Assembly (NCBI RefSeq): GCF_037042905.1 | Contig: NC_087250.1 | Location: 10,108,001-10,172,000 of the forward strand | DNA: 64,000 nucleotides | From: Lytechinus pictus | Taxonomy: Eukaryota | Reading direction: 5' to 3' | Part shown: piece after piece, positions 1-12,838 of the stretch | Layout: each line of letters starts with the position of its first letter | Numbering within the stretch: position 1 is the stretch's first letter | The notes under the pieces: model-generated | What the model was told of the DNA's origin: nothing | Databases searched by the model: none | Seen by the model: the letters and a program-made list of their open reading frames with translations, nothing else | Made by a program: the position numbers and the translations under genes

Positions 1-320
1 AATGAACAGCTGAGAGGTCTTTGGCGAAAAAAGATGAGCCGGAGTAGCAGATCGTGGGAAGTTTCAGAGCTGACGAAAAATTGCAAATATGTCGTTTGTC
101 TAGAGTCCAGATGGATCCTGCTGTTTTGGGGGCTCTCGACAAAGACCTCATTGTCATGAATTGTACTTAACACATTCTTTATGTTCTCGAATGTGTCGTG
201 TTTCGTGGGAGCGTAGACTAACTTAAATAAGGGGGGGCGTAAGTTGTCATTTGTTGTACTTAGTTTGTGGAATACCGAGGTATTTATAGCTTGAAAAATT
301 ATATTTTTGCTTTAACATAC

Positions 321-437
321 CGTTGTTGATGCATTTGGGTTCCACAAACTCATACCGCAGCGGGCGGTCCCGCGAAGAGCAGTTAGAAGAGCACAGAAAG
401 TCAGTATAACCGAAACGGAAGTTGGAACAGTGATTTG
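321..437 (-). CDS. Candidate 117-nt symmetric exon of an unidentified gene
   Basis: TTTCCAG acceptor, ACG|GTATGT donor, GC-richer than its flanks, open in two frames (NHCSNFRFGYTDFLCSSNC... or QITVPTSVSVILTFCALL...). Confidence 0.4.
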
Positions 438-1337
438 CTGGAAATACAACAAACAAGGCATGAAATTACACAAATATCGTTCCGTCAGCATTGTCATGAC
501 AAAGGTATTTCAAGTGATTAACTGTAAATAAACGCAGATCAAGCAGTGGGGTACTTTGTCATGAGTCAGAAAGCTATGTAAAGACACAAAGTGCCTTTAT
601 ACAGCTCGGGATTCCCAGTAAAAGGCGCGGTACAATATTTTGACAGGGACCCTATGTGGTCCGTTCCATACAGAGTTGCGACTAAACTATGAAATACTAA
701 ATAATATGTTGCTAAATCGGCAGTTTTTAAGAGGTAGCATATAGACAGTATTTTTATTGTCAGCACTCGGGACTCGAGTGGATGGGGGGGGGGGCTCAAT
801 CTAGCACATATGCTTTTTTAGTACTTCAAGTTCTGCAAATGAGCACCCGAAGTGCAGTCCTTATGAAAACTCATAAAAGCAATGATTGCCACTTTATTTC
901 ACAGTGAAACCTTGATTGGGATTGGCTTACAGCTGAGGTACCATAGTTACGATAGTTGTCACCCTTTACAGACCCCACTCGTCTGATTTAAAGAAGAATT
1001 TTGGCTATGACCTGTTTTCTAAATATGAAAATACTCAATAATTTTTCCAAATATTGAAACGTAAACTGAGAACCGTTGCATATAAAAGTTGCCATCATGG
1101 TAACTTTGACATCAAATGGTAAATTGCATGGAATCCTTGATTCTGATTGGCTGTTGATGAGCGTTGACTTTTAGGAAACGGGACACAGGTGTGACAAATT
1201 ACCAATTTCCCAATCGCATTAGTGGTTTACAGTACACCAAGTGGATAGAATTAAAAGTGAAATGGAGAGATAAGAAAAATGAAAGTACATTATCTTTCGG
1301 ATATGAGTCTAGTCCTTACAAAACACTTTAAAGCAGA

Positions 1338-1741
1338 AGGGCCATTCTCTGCAATTATGTGACCAAAATTATGGCAAATCTTGGCATGAATTAGTTATAA
1401 CTCTCAAAAGTTTATAGATTTAGTCATTCAACGTTTACCTGACAGTAACGTGTTTGATCAACTATCATTTGGAAATATTTCATGCTGACAACAGCATGCA
1501 TTTTCAAGGTCAGAGGTAAAAAGTAGTGGGTCACATGTGTGACACTTTGAATCACACACGTGACCCACTTCTTTTGACCTCTGACCTTGAATTACATATT
1601 GTTGTCAGCAAGAAATATTTTCAAATGATAGTTGACCAAATATGTTACTGTCATATAAAAATCGAAATGAATCTATAAACTTGTGAGAGTTATAACAAGA
1701 TTTCTCATAATTTTGGTCCCACACGTGACCAAGAATGGCCC
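1338..1741. mobile_element. Fold-back MITE
   Basis: GGGCCATTCT...AGAATGGCCC termini; the two halves are long inverted repeats. Confidence 0.8.
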
Positions 1742-2104
1742 AGAAAGAGTTTAGAAGGTTGATAAGTTAAAGATATAGGAGGCTTAAATAGTTGGAGAAG
1801 GTTGGCTTGAGTCGGCAATTTAAGTTATAGAGCAGGAGAGAAGACTCAACGTTTCGAGCAGGTTGACTATCCCTCTCCAAGCCAGCCTACGATCACAATC
1901 TCTCCAACTACCTAATTCTCTAATAGGCCATGTAGGGTCCATTATGATAGACACAGATCATACGGTAGCTGTCGGAGAAAAAATCTTACAAGTCCTTGTA
2001 TGATAGACACCTTAGGCACCTAAAGCTCTTAAAAAAGAGCTGGAGCAAAGTTTCTCTTAAAGGTCATTGGGAAATCTTAATATTTTTTTAAATAGCAACA
2101 CATG

Positions 2105-2347
2105 CACTGCAAAAACTCCAGTGTTGATTTAACACCAGCTCGGAATCTATATATGTCCACATTAGAGAAGTATTGAAACAACACCAGTTTGGAATCAAAC
2201 CGATGCAGTTTTAATACTAATTGGTGTTGTATAATCACCTTTCTGGTGTTAGACCAAAACGAAACTGGTGTTTTTTTAACACTTCTCTAGTGTGGACATA
2301 TATAGATTCCAGACTGGTGTTAAATCAACACCGGAGTTTTTGCAGTG
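2105..2347. mobile_element. CACTA/EnSpm-like palindromic MITE
   Basis: CACTGCAAAAACTCC...GGAGTTTTTGCAGTG inverted ends with TG on both flanks. Confidence 0.8.
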
Positions 2348-4763
2348 TGACTTTCTATTGGCATCGGTTCTTGTCTACACATGAATTTCATTCAGCATTG
2401 TTTGTTTGTTTTCGTTACTTTCAGTTTCATTCAGTATCGACAAGAACCAAGTTGAACTTTGGATTGCAGGGGTTTATATCAGGGTTCTTGGGCTTGGAAA
2501 CTCACCGAACATCGCGTGTAACAGTTCAGCAATCTAGTGCCGTGTGCAAGAACTGAGATGAAATTTGCGCATGCTCCAAGACTTAAAAGGGTCGACAGGA
2601 AACACGTGACCATAAAAATCAAAATCTGAAATAATGAAAACAGAATGAAAATGTACCAAGTGGCTTGGGGCCTTAATTATTGGCCTCGACGGTGCAATTT
2701 GGCGCCGTTCCTACACTATTGAATCAAGAATTTACAAATATTACTCATGATCCAGGACATTGATAATATTTATACAAACGATGTATCCTTGGAACGGTTG
2801 TAAAACATTTTGACTGCTTCGAAGGTAAACAATGTGAATAACGCATTTTAGCATCCACTTCGCAGACACTTTCTGCAACGTTCAGAATCTATTGATAATG
2901 CTCGTCAAATCACACTTGGCAGATTAGAGGTCATTGTCGAAAGTTGATGGACCGGGACAGCACATCGTCGTAAGATTCGTACGAGACCAAAAAAATGCAA
3001 ATATGTCGTTTGCCCAAAGTCAAAGACGACACTGCTGTTTTGATTCACCGATTTTCGACAAAAGCTGCTTTGTTATGAAGGGCATTTGGCAAAAGGTTCT
3101 CTGCGTCACAGTAAGCGTCTGTTGAGTGATTGCTTCAATGGCCTAATAACGCCAGAGCAATAGGTGACTTTGCATTACATATTTATAACATGCATCTTTC
3201 CCTTTCTTAAGTTACCGGGTTATTAACTCTTAATGTGCCATTCACTGTAATAAGCGAGTGCCACTTTTTTCAAAGAGTCTATATTTGAATGTTTTATTTA
3301 TATAAAAAAGAGAATCACTCATGAGACAATAATCTTGACCATAAGCTGAACTGAACAATGGAATCACTCATGCATGCAAAGCACTCCTCAAAATGCAATA
3401 GGCATAACAATAGCTGTATGACCATTACACGAAAATATGTTCGTGGCACTCCAGTGGATGCACATATATGTGTTCATGGCACGTTAAGGGTTAACGGGGT
3501 AAGTTTTGTCTGTAATGTTTAAAAATGAAGCCCACATAAGAAATGTGAAATGGATGAAAACTTATAGTAAATAAAGAGGCTTTGATAGGAGGTAGTAATA
3601 ATTTGTAAACAAATTTTCGGCATTACTCCTACGTGTTTAAGATTGCATGCTCGATCTGTAATGAAAATCATAAGTCAGATTAAATGAAAAATTACTTTAC
3701 GTATAAAACGGAGAGGTATACTAATGTTCTCAATGCATACAAGTTTTTAATACATTCCTAAAAATATATAAATATATATTGATTATCTGGATTGTGAACA
3801 TCAAATTTGTATTTTTATTTGGAAATATCCTAGTCAGCATGTACACGTTTTTTTTTGTGGAAACGGAAAACAAAAGGTAAATTTGTACAAAAGGCAAAAG
3901 CAAATTAAAAAATATGTAATATTCTTACCGTCCATGTGTATTTAGAAATCGTAGCAAAGCCACTCAATCCAGTAATAAGGTAAAACTGTGGAATTAAGAA
4001 AATTGTATAATAAATGTTTTCAAAGCGGTTATGAATACTTTGAGACATTGGTTGAAGTACTTTTTTTAAAAGCTCACCCACGAACCAATACCTGAAATAG
4101 ATTTGTGAAGATCTCTCTAACACACATCCTCACCCACACACATATACACACGCAGACGTACACCTTCACACACACGCACACAAACTTCTAAGTGCAGCCA
4201 CGCACACACAGCCTGGCGTTTTGACAATCGGGGACTCGTTTATCATTAATCGATAAAGTTGGGGCATGTGTTCGCGGTCTCATACACACAAAACATTGAG
4301 TTAGATTTTTCGGACATACGGAGCATAGTCCGCCAACTGGGGACGCTTCCTATTCCCTTACACACACACACACACAACCTTGAGAGTAATTGACCGAACT
4401 GGATCTTACGTTTCCTGTGGAAACGATTTGACATGAAATGAGGAAATGATTGTCGGTTATCTGTAGACCGGGGACGTCCGCGGTTGACTGGTAAAATGTC
4501 AGAAAATTGTCAAAGAAGGAGGTCATTACAAACTCACAAATACGCACACACAAACACATGCTTATGCATATGGCATAAAGAGAGAAAGGGGAATAAGAGA
4601 GAGGGGAGTGAGAGACAGATAAAGATCATGGTCCGTATAATTTCTCAGTCAGCTCGAAGAAACATACTCCAAATTGACCAATGCGATTCTTCGTTATTTT
4701 CACTGGCACGCCATGGGTATATTTCGTTGACAGTGTGACTATAGAAGTTTTGACATATCAAAC

Positions 4764-5951
4764 TGGTTTACTCCCAATTGGTCTAAAGCCAATTTGTCCA
4801 ATTACCAACTCGTCTACTATCATTTCGTCTACCATCAGTTCATCCACTATCCACATGGTCTAATTGCCATTTCGTCTAATAACCAACTGGTCCGATATAC
4901 AGTGCGTCCCACAAAAAAACGAAACCGAGATTAACCGATGATTTATCATAACTTAATCATAAATAATATAGACAAATGACCTACCATTGTAAAGCTTAGA
5001 ATCTCCTCTTTCATCTGAAATTACTTAGATTATTTCTCATTCACGCATGAGTGAGCAAAAACAATTTGAAGAGGGGATACCAAAAAGTCGTTTGGCGGGC
5101 TGTATCTGGGCTTCAAAAAGAAAACCACATTTTTAAAAAGTTCAATATCTGCTTTTTAATTTGATACCACAATTACAGAAAATTGTCAAGAAATAACAAA
5201 GTTCTGGTTATTTGATATAAGGCTTAAATTTCAATAATTTCATAAAATTAAGAGGTTCTACAGGCTAGCGTTCAAACTCACTTGACACTCCGTTTTGTTG
5301 ACGATCAGCCATGCATTAAGTCTTTTGTTAACCATGCGATAGCTTCTGTGGGTAACCGGTGAAAACACGTTTATTTAATGAAATTATAGAAATACAAGCA
5401 TTGTTTACTTCTTGACCATTTTTTGTGATTAAAGTATCAAATAAAAGAGCAGATATTGAACTTTTGGCATGTGATTTTCTTTTTGAAATTCAGATATCCC
5501 CCGCCAAATGAGTTTTTGGTATCCTTTCTTCAAATTGTTTTTGCTCACTCATGCGTGAATGGGGAATAATCTAGGTAATATCAGATGAAAGAGGAGATTC
5601 TAAGCTTTACATTGGTAGGTCATTTGGCTATTGTATTTGTGATTAAGTTATGATAAATCATCGCTTAAACTCGGTTTCGTTTTTTCTGGGACGCACTGTA
5701 TAGACATTTAGTCCATATAACGTTTGGTTCAATTGGACTCGGTGTTAATTTGGCGATATGAATGAAAATAGATATTAGACCAATTGATTATGAGACGAAA
5801 TGGTCATACACAAACTGGTGATTAGACGAAGTGATGATTGGAACAAAAGGTTGTTAGTCCAAATGTTGATGGACGGAATGGCATCAGACTAAATGAAGGT
5901 AGACTATTTGAAGGGTGGACGAGTTGGCAATAGACGAATTGACAATTTACC
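4764..5951. mobile_element. MITE built of short TTCGTCTA/TAGACGAA repeats, interrupted by a mariner-like element
   Basis: A second copy lies at about 27528-28179; the left and right halves are reverse complements. Confidence 0.7.
4900..5698. mobile_element. Tc1/mariner-type non-autonomous element
   Basis: TA|CAGTGCGTCCCA...TGGGACGCACTG|TA with long inverted arms. Confidence 0.88.
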
Positions 5952-6910
5952 ATCAAACTTACAAAAGCAAGGGTGAATTCAAGACTGTAGAATCGTGCTA
6001 TTGTTCCACACGTCACCACACCAAATGCAACTAAAGTGAGCACCACAGAGGTAAAAACACCGACCCCGGTTACATCGTAGTTTTCCGATTCCTTATTGCC
6101 CTGATGTGATGAAAAAAAGAAATAGCATTCAAATTTGAGTAAATAAAATTGATAATTAAAAAAAAATCATAAATTCTTAATTATATTCAACGCATAAATT
6201 AGAGCTACTAAAAAGAACACAGTGTCACGCGATGTGTGCTACCGTGTTTCAACAGTGTGCAACGTGTAAAATCACCTTAAACAATATTAAATCTATTCAA
6301 AGCATAGATTAGTGTCCCACAGTGTGTGCTCACATGTGGAACGGGATGTGAAATCAACTTCACACTGTTAAATTGGAGCATTTCAACATGGTAAATCATA
6401 TATTCGCATAGTCGACCATTCCAGCACGCTGTGAACTTTCACACTGTCGAGGTGTTCACAGTGTGAAAATTTCTTGACATTGTTGAATGTGAGCATTTTA
6501 ACAGAGTGAATAATATTTTCACATAGTCCACTATGTGCACACACTGTGATCATACTGTGCGACGCTGTGTTCTTTCCAGCAGGTTTAAGACGCATAGGTC
6601 AGGAAAAAACGAGTGATACGAAATAAATAATTATAAGAAAATATGATCGAAAAAATAAAAAACAAAGGAGAAAAACTATGATATTTGACACCAGGGTCCC
6701 TTAATACATAGAACTTAGCAATATTTTACAGTTTAATAGACTGAATATTGACAATTTCACATTTAAACTGAACGGTGAAAGCATCCGCAATTCTCCAGGA
6801 AGGAAGATGGTCACTGGCGGTTGGTATGGGTCCCATGAATCTCATATATCTCTAGTCTGGATGGCTGTAAATACTACTATAAGTTATTACAGTTTTTTTA
6901 GTTTCCTCTA

Positions 6911-6951
<41 letters not shown>

Positions 6952-7149
6952 GCGTAATTAAACTAGCCTTTGTGCAAGTCCTCGCGCTCTACTTGTCTGT
7001 CGAACACGGTTTGAAAATCATGATCATAACAGGCTAAATCAATGTAATTGTCGTGATCGCCAGAACAAGCCGAGTTTAATTAGGACGAGTTTGAGAAAAT
7101 ATAACAGCATCAAGTTTCTTTGATATAGCCTAGGTGTACACTAACTTAC

Positions 7150-7271
7150 CCAACACACCCATGATGTCCACCTGTGCCAAGGCTTTTCCTCTTCGACTGT
7201 TGCATCTTCAGATCTATTTTCATCTTCAGGTATGTTTTCTTCTTCTGCTGCGTCGCTCATTGCTGGGGTTG
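7150..7271 (-). CDS. Candidate exon of an unidentified gene
   Basis: TCATCAG acceptor, ATG at 7260, MSDAAEEENIPEDENRSEDATVEEEKPWHRWTSWVCW, strong donor TGG|GTAAGT; no family recognised. Confidence 0.4.
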
Positions 7272-7282
7272 CTGATGAATAT

Positions 7283-7590
7283 ATAATGATAATAATAATA
7301 ATCATGATAATAATAATAATAATGCAGTTCTTGTATAGCACATTATGACATAATGTCCAAATTAGCTTCCAAAGGACTTGGATTTTATTTCCCTGGATTT
7401 AGCCCCGCAGCCTTTCCTAGCGCGAAGTAATTTCAAGGAAATTCGGGTACTCATTTACCTCACCTGGGTTGAGTACAGCACAATGTGGATGAATTTCTTA
7501 CGGAAGCAAATAACGCCATTTCTGGAACTCGAACCCACGACCCTCTGTTTCAAAATCAGAAGACTAATCCACTGGGCCACAATGCTCCGC
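7283..7590 (-). mobile_element. tRNA-derived SINE with (ATT)n tail
   Basis: Minus-strand A box TGGCCCAGTGG and B box GGTTCGAGTTCC; core CCACATTGTGCTG.ACTCAACCCAGGTGAGGT shared with other copies in the window. Confidence 0.8.
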
Positions 7591-10500
7591 ACACATATAT
7601 TGTGTGTATCAGAAAAAGTAGTCAATCATTTATTTCGATATGATAAACTACAAAACTTTTCATTAATACTTTACCTAAACCTCGGATGGCCTGAGGATAA
7701 ATTTGTCCCAAATAAATTGATCTAGAGAACAATGCTTCCATGTGTATATAAATTATATACATGCATTTATATGTCTGTATGCATATATATATATATAAAT
7801 ATACAAGAATTATACATCCCTTAAATATAGCAAAGTAAAGCGTCTTTATTAGTATGAAAAGCACAAACTGAAGGGAATTTTTTTTTTGGATAGAATATTC
7901 ACATCAATTAACAAAAATGGAGTTCATTTTTTTAAGAGTAGAGAGGCACAATTTCTTAAGAGACACTAATTATTAAATGATAATACTAACGTAACATGAA
8001 TATAATGTAAACCTATTTTCACTACATAATAATTCATCAAATATCGATATAAAGCAAACGAATTATTTGACCGAATAATGATAAGGAATCAATTCAGATA
8101 TCACATGAACATTGAAAGTTAATCTGATTAGGTCCTGAATTCAATTTCTTTCTTAAGAGTGAATGAACTGTCAACGTCACTTAAGATTTTCATTCAAAAT
8201 CACTCTACCGCGACAGTTTTGAGCGTGTTGAATGTTCTTCCAAAGTGTATCAACTACCATGCCTACACAACACTGGTTGGTAGATAACATTGTCATTGTC
8301 GACTGGGGGCAAAATGTGGTTTTCCCCTTTTCATATTTTGCGATTGTCCTTTTATTTCAGAACATTTCTCTCTGATGTCGTTTGGTAAACACTGATCTGT
8401 TTATGTTGGTTACCAGGATGACAAGCGACGGCTCTGCATTTGACTTTGCGGTTGAGGTATGAAATATAGTAAAGAACTAACCAAAGTTATCTTTCTCACA
8501 ACAGAAGCATGTGTGAGGGTATGTGTGTGCGTGTGTGTCTGTGGGGGTGTGCGCGCGCGTGTGTCAGGGTGCGTGTGTGTGTGCGGGTCGTGATTAGCTG
8601 CGCGCTTGTGGTTTTATCAGAAGTGTAGAAGTTTTCCATCATGATCTTAATAGACGGGTCAATATATGGTTTGACCCGGAACAAATTGCAACAAATGATT
8701 TTGGTAGATTTTTAGTATGTTATTCCTGAGGTCAAATAGTACAAAATACCGTTGAAAAATTATTTGTTGCAATTTGTTCCGGGTAAGGCTATTTTTGGTC
8801 GTATATGGACCCGTCTATAATGCGACTGGGTAAAATAGATGCAAAAAACATATGGTTACCGGCAATTATGTAGATAAGGACATTGTAAATAAAATAAAAT
8901 AGAATGAAGATATCATAGCCACTGATTACTTACGATATTTCAAATCATGCAGATACCTTCCACTGCAAAATATAATGTCGTAACTCCAGACGTAGGCTTC
9001 TGAAGAATAAAACAAATGGCACTGCTATGAAGTCATCTATCGATCTTTCTGTCTGCAGCGTTATGTTGTAGTAACGGACCAACGGAGGGATGAGTAATAC
9101 ATGGTTCTGACAATTGATAAAATGTTGTATTTGTCATGTTACCATTCATGCTTAGCTGTCAATTATTACTTGGCAATGAGCATTCGTGAAGGGCTCATGA
9201 CAGTGCCACTGTGCCTTTCTATTTTTGTTTTAATTATTTTTATATTTTTTAGATTAATTTATCAATTGTTTGATATATTTATTAGTGTAATTAATTTTTT
9301 GTTTGGGGGGGTACAGTAAAGATTAAAAGTCATAAATTAACGAGACATTTAAATCTTACTTATATTTCTTCCCATCTCTCTCTCTATATATATATATTTT
9401 TCATCTTTTCAAGTGTCTGCCTCTCTATCGAGTCTCTCTTTCTATCGTTCTCTCTCTAACTCTTTTTATCTGTCTATCGATCTTTCTATATCTATCTATC
9501 CAGTCATCTGATATTCTTTAGCAGTCAGGTTACTCGATCCCACGTATAGCGATTTTTTCTATTATGTTTTATTAATTTTTTGGGAAGGGAATTTTTAGTT
9601 AGGAGGGGGGTTCGTTTGTTTTTCGGGGATGTTGATTTTTACTAGCATTTCATTGATTTTTCTTTTCAGCTTGGCACTGGCAAAACTGCTTTTGAGAGCT
9701 CACTGCTGAAATGCCATCATTAAGAATACAATGCAACTCGTACGTTCCATACAGACAGGCGCCACCATCGTTTACCATCATGTGAGGTTTGGTAGCTTCA
9801 AAGAGGAAAATCACTATGACATAAATGTTACTGCAAAAATTGCACAAAGAAGTAATAAAGATATTGGTGAAGCTTTTTGGTTCGTGACCTCAAATGCGAG
9901 CAGCTTTCTAATCTAGGTCTATCGTGTACTTAACAAAAATCAATGAAATGTAATTTTGTCTCCCCCCCCCCCCCGCCCTGCCAAAAAATTGTATTGTTTT
10001 TATTTTAACTTCAGTATATGATCTCACACCCACTCATGGAAGAAAAAAAAATCACGAACCATTGGAAATGAAATGTATGTGTTTGATATCACATATGGGC
10101 AGCTACTCGTACATGTATATGACGTCGGTTTTTCCTAAAACCTCAAATATTTTTTTTCTGGTATTTTAGAACAAACCTTAAATGTTATCATGTATTACAT
10201 TTCGTTGTAACATTATAAGTATTTGTTTTTAAATTGGTAAATGAAATAAATTTAAAAAATCCCTTTGTGTGCTGCAATGTAATAAAAGAGCCCTTTTGAA
10301 AAATATACCCTTTCCCAAATAAAGCTGATATAATTAAGATTTCAATGGCAAACCCGAAGATTTAAATGACACACTAGAGAGTTTTCGCTATCACGACGCG
10401 ATCACTCTCTACAACGCACCAATTTATTTGGAAAAATGCAAGTCAAATCACAATGGAGATCTGAGAGGCGCTTTTGTCGAAAGTAGGTGGACCGGGACGC

Positions 10501-10775
10501 GAAATTATTTTTTGCCACCGCAGTTCTGGAAGCCAATCTGAATATTCATGACTTGCGTCTTCGGAACAAGAGTACGCATGCGCGTGGACTTGATTTTACA
10601 AAATCCTAGAGCAGTTCTGGAGATCCACCATTTCAAGACCAACGTTTAGTTCCAGAGTCCCCTATTTTCTTTTTGGAGAGGCACATATGTAATTTGATTA
10701 CCGGGGATTAAAAAAAACGTAGTAAATATATTGTCAAATGTCAGCAAGGAAGTTTTGTCGAAAATTGGTAATCAA

Positions 10776-10958
10776 CAGGGGCCGCGGAACGGTTTTCAAA
10801 GTGGGGGGCTGAGCCAAAAGTGGGGGGGCTGACCATGCAAAAAATCACAATCATATGGTAATTTTTACGTTTTTGTACAGGGTTTTGGAAAATAGTGGGG
10901 GGCTGAAGCCCCCCAGCCCCCACCCCCCCCCCCCTCCCCCCCGCTTCCGCTGCCCCTG
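10776..10958. mobile_element. Short hAT-like MITE
   Basis: CAGGGGCCGCGGAA...TTCCGCTGCCCCTG termini; TSD not clean. Confidence 0.6.
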
Positions 10959-11464
10959 ATCAAAACAGCAGTGTAGTCCTTGATTTTAGACAAAGTTTTC
11001 AATAATCTTCTACACAGACTTCTTAGTTGTTCTTTGTAATTTTACGGCCAGTTTACAATACTATTTTTCCTATTCTTGAATATTCCGTATAGGTTGCGGT
11101 GCTTGCTGTACAAAACTCCTTAATGCCAAAGTTTAAATCAGTTCAGTTTAAACAAGCATTTATTTTCTTCCGATTGTCATTTCATTCAATATCATATAAA
11201 ATATACAAATCAAAAACATGGTAAAAAAAGATGAATGTAAATACAGTATGCAATTTATGTAAATGGAAGATGGCATGAAAACCCTGAAAGCGGGTGCTTG
11301 TTTATCGGGACACGCCTGCTCGGAATGTTTCTTTCGGACTGTTCGGATTGTTTCTATCAATCCATGTCCTCGTTGTTGGTGCCCATCACCGGATCAAAGT
11401 AAAGAAGAACGAAGAGAATGATACTTATACCGCTTTCAGTAACTCGCTGCTCCGGACCAGTCCT

Positions 11465-11637
11465 GGTGGGTGTTTCATAAAGCTGTTCGTAAGATAAGAG
11501 CAACTTTAAGAACGACTGGTGATCCTTTCTTTTGGTAAATGGTATACACCATTGGCGATAGTTTAGTGCGTAAGAAAGGTTCACCAGTCGTTCTTAAAGT
11601 CGCTCTTAACTTACGAACAGCTTTATGAAACGGCCCC
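11465..11637. mobile_element. Harbinger-like palindromic MITE
   Basis: GTTTCATAAAGCTGTTCGTAAG / CTTACGAACAGCTTTATGAAAC inverted ends with CTG flanks. Confidence 0.75.
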
Positions 11638-12011
11638 CTGGGCTAAGTCGTAAAGTGTAGAGTTTATGAATGGCGCGGGCTAAAATAACCCCCCCCCCCG
11701 GCCTTGGCAAGTTTGGTGCTGATTTTATCAGCACCAGACAGGCGCCGGGCCCGCATGCCCGAGCTTTGGGTGATCGTAAAAGTAGCGAGGCTCTGCCATA
11801 ATAGCTGAATGCAATTTTATTTTGTGGTGTGGACTATTTTTAGTGGGCCGGGCCTGGTGGGGACCAAAATAATCACGTGTTACTGAAAACAGTATTAGAA
11901 GGCAATGACAGTAATTTGTTCGTGAAATCCATAATCTGATGAATGCTCATCTCTTTGTTGGTCCATGACGCTTCGGTATCCTGACTAATACGGCCATTGT
12001 GTAAGAACATA

Positions 12012-12314
12012 CACTGTTAAAAACATTCTACTTAAAAAAAACAGAAATTCCTGCAGCAGAGTCTCGAGAATACCTGTAATCTTACATGCATTTGTGTAAA
12101 ATTACAGAAATTTTGTAATTGGTGTATGTAACCTTACAAATAATATATATTGTAATAAAACTTTTCCCCCTTTTTTAAAACAGACATTTTCTGTAAAATT
12201 GTAGAAAAATTGCACAAAATCTTTCCTATTATAGCCATTTACAGGATAATTTGTTATTTATTTCTGTAAAATCGAATTGTTCTTCTGTAAGATCTTTTGT
12301 TTTTTCTAACAGTG
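12012..12314. mobile_element. CACT-ended MITE
   Basis: TA|CACTGTTA...TAACAGTG|TA. Confidence 0.65.
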
Positions 12315-12611
12315 TACGAATCGAATAGGCAAAATGTTCTTCAGATATTTGACTCTTGAAAATATAATTTTTTTTTTCTTCAAAAATAAATCAGATGGCA
12401 ATGACCGTCACGTGTACGTGAATCGATTAACTAACCGAATAATGCCCACTTCTTTGCATAGGTCCTTTATGTTTCGGAATCTTTCGTAAGGCAGTACCCA
12501 TTGACTACGAACATACCAATCGAATAATCGAATAGGCAAAATATTCGTCAGGTATTTGGCTCTTTAAGATATCAATCCCGTTTTCCATGGTCTTCCGAAA
12601 TTAGTTCATAT

Positions 12612-12754
12612 TCACGCACGCTTACTGATCGTCTCTTCGCCTCGTCTTTTGACGAGAACGACTACGACGAGGAGATTGATGACTGCAATGGCATGTATGA
12701 AGCCGATGATGATGAAGACCTTCGTAAAAGATTGGGTGACATCGATGAGGTAAC
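12612..12754 (-). CDS. SLC16-family gene, terminal coding exon 4
   Basis: CCATAG acceptor; GYLIDVTQSFTKVFIIIGFIHAIAVINLLVVVVLVKRRGEETISKRA* fits the MCT G-x-L-x-D-x-T motif and TM12; spliced total 1434 nt = 477 aa. Confidence 0.9.
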
Positions 12755-12838
12755 CTATGGAATGATATCGATAAAATGGAATATGATAAATACAGTAAAA
12801 TAATGATTGCAATAAAAGTTATTTACTACAGCACTTAA

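Noticed and set aside
7500..7590. tRNA gene
   Set aside because: A and B boxes are present but run into a repeated SINE body and tail, and the acceptor stem is not convincing
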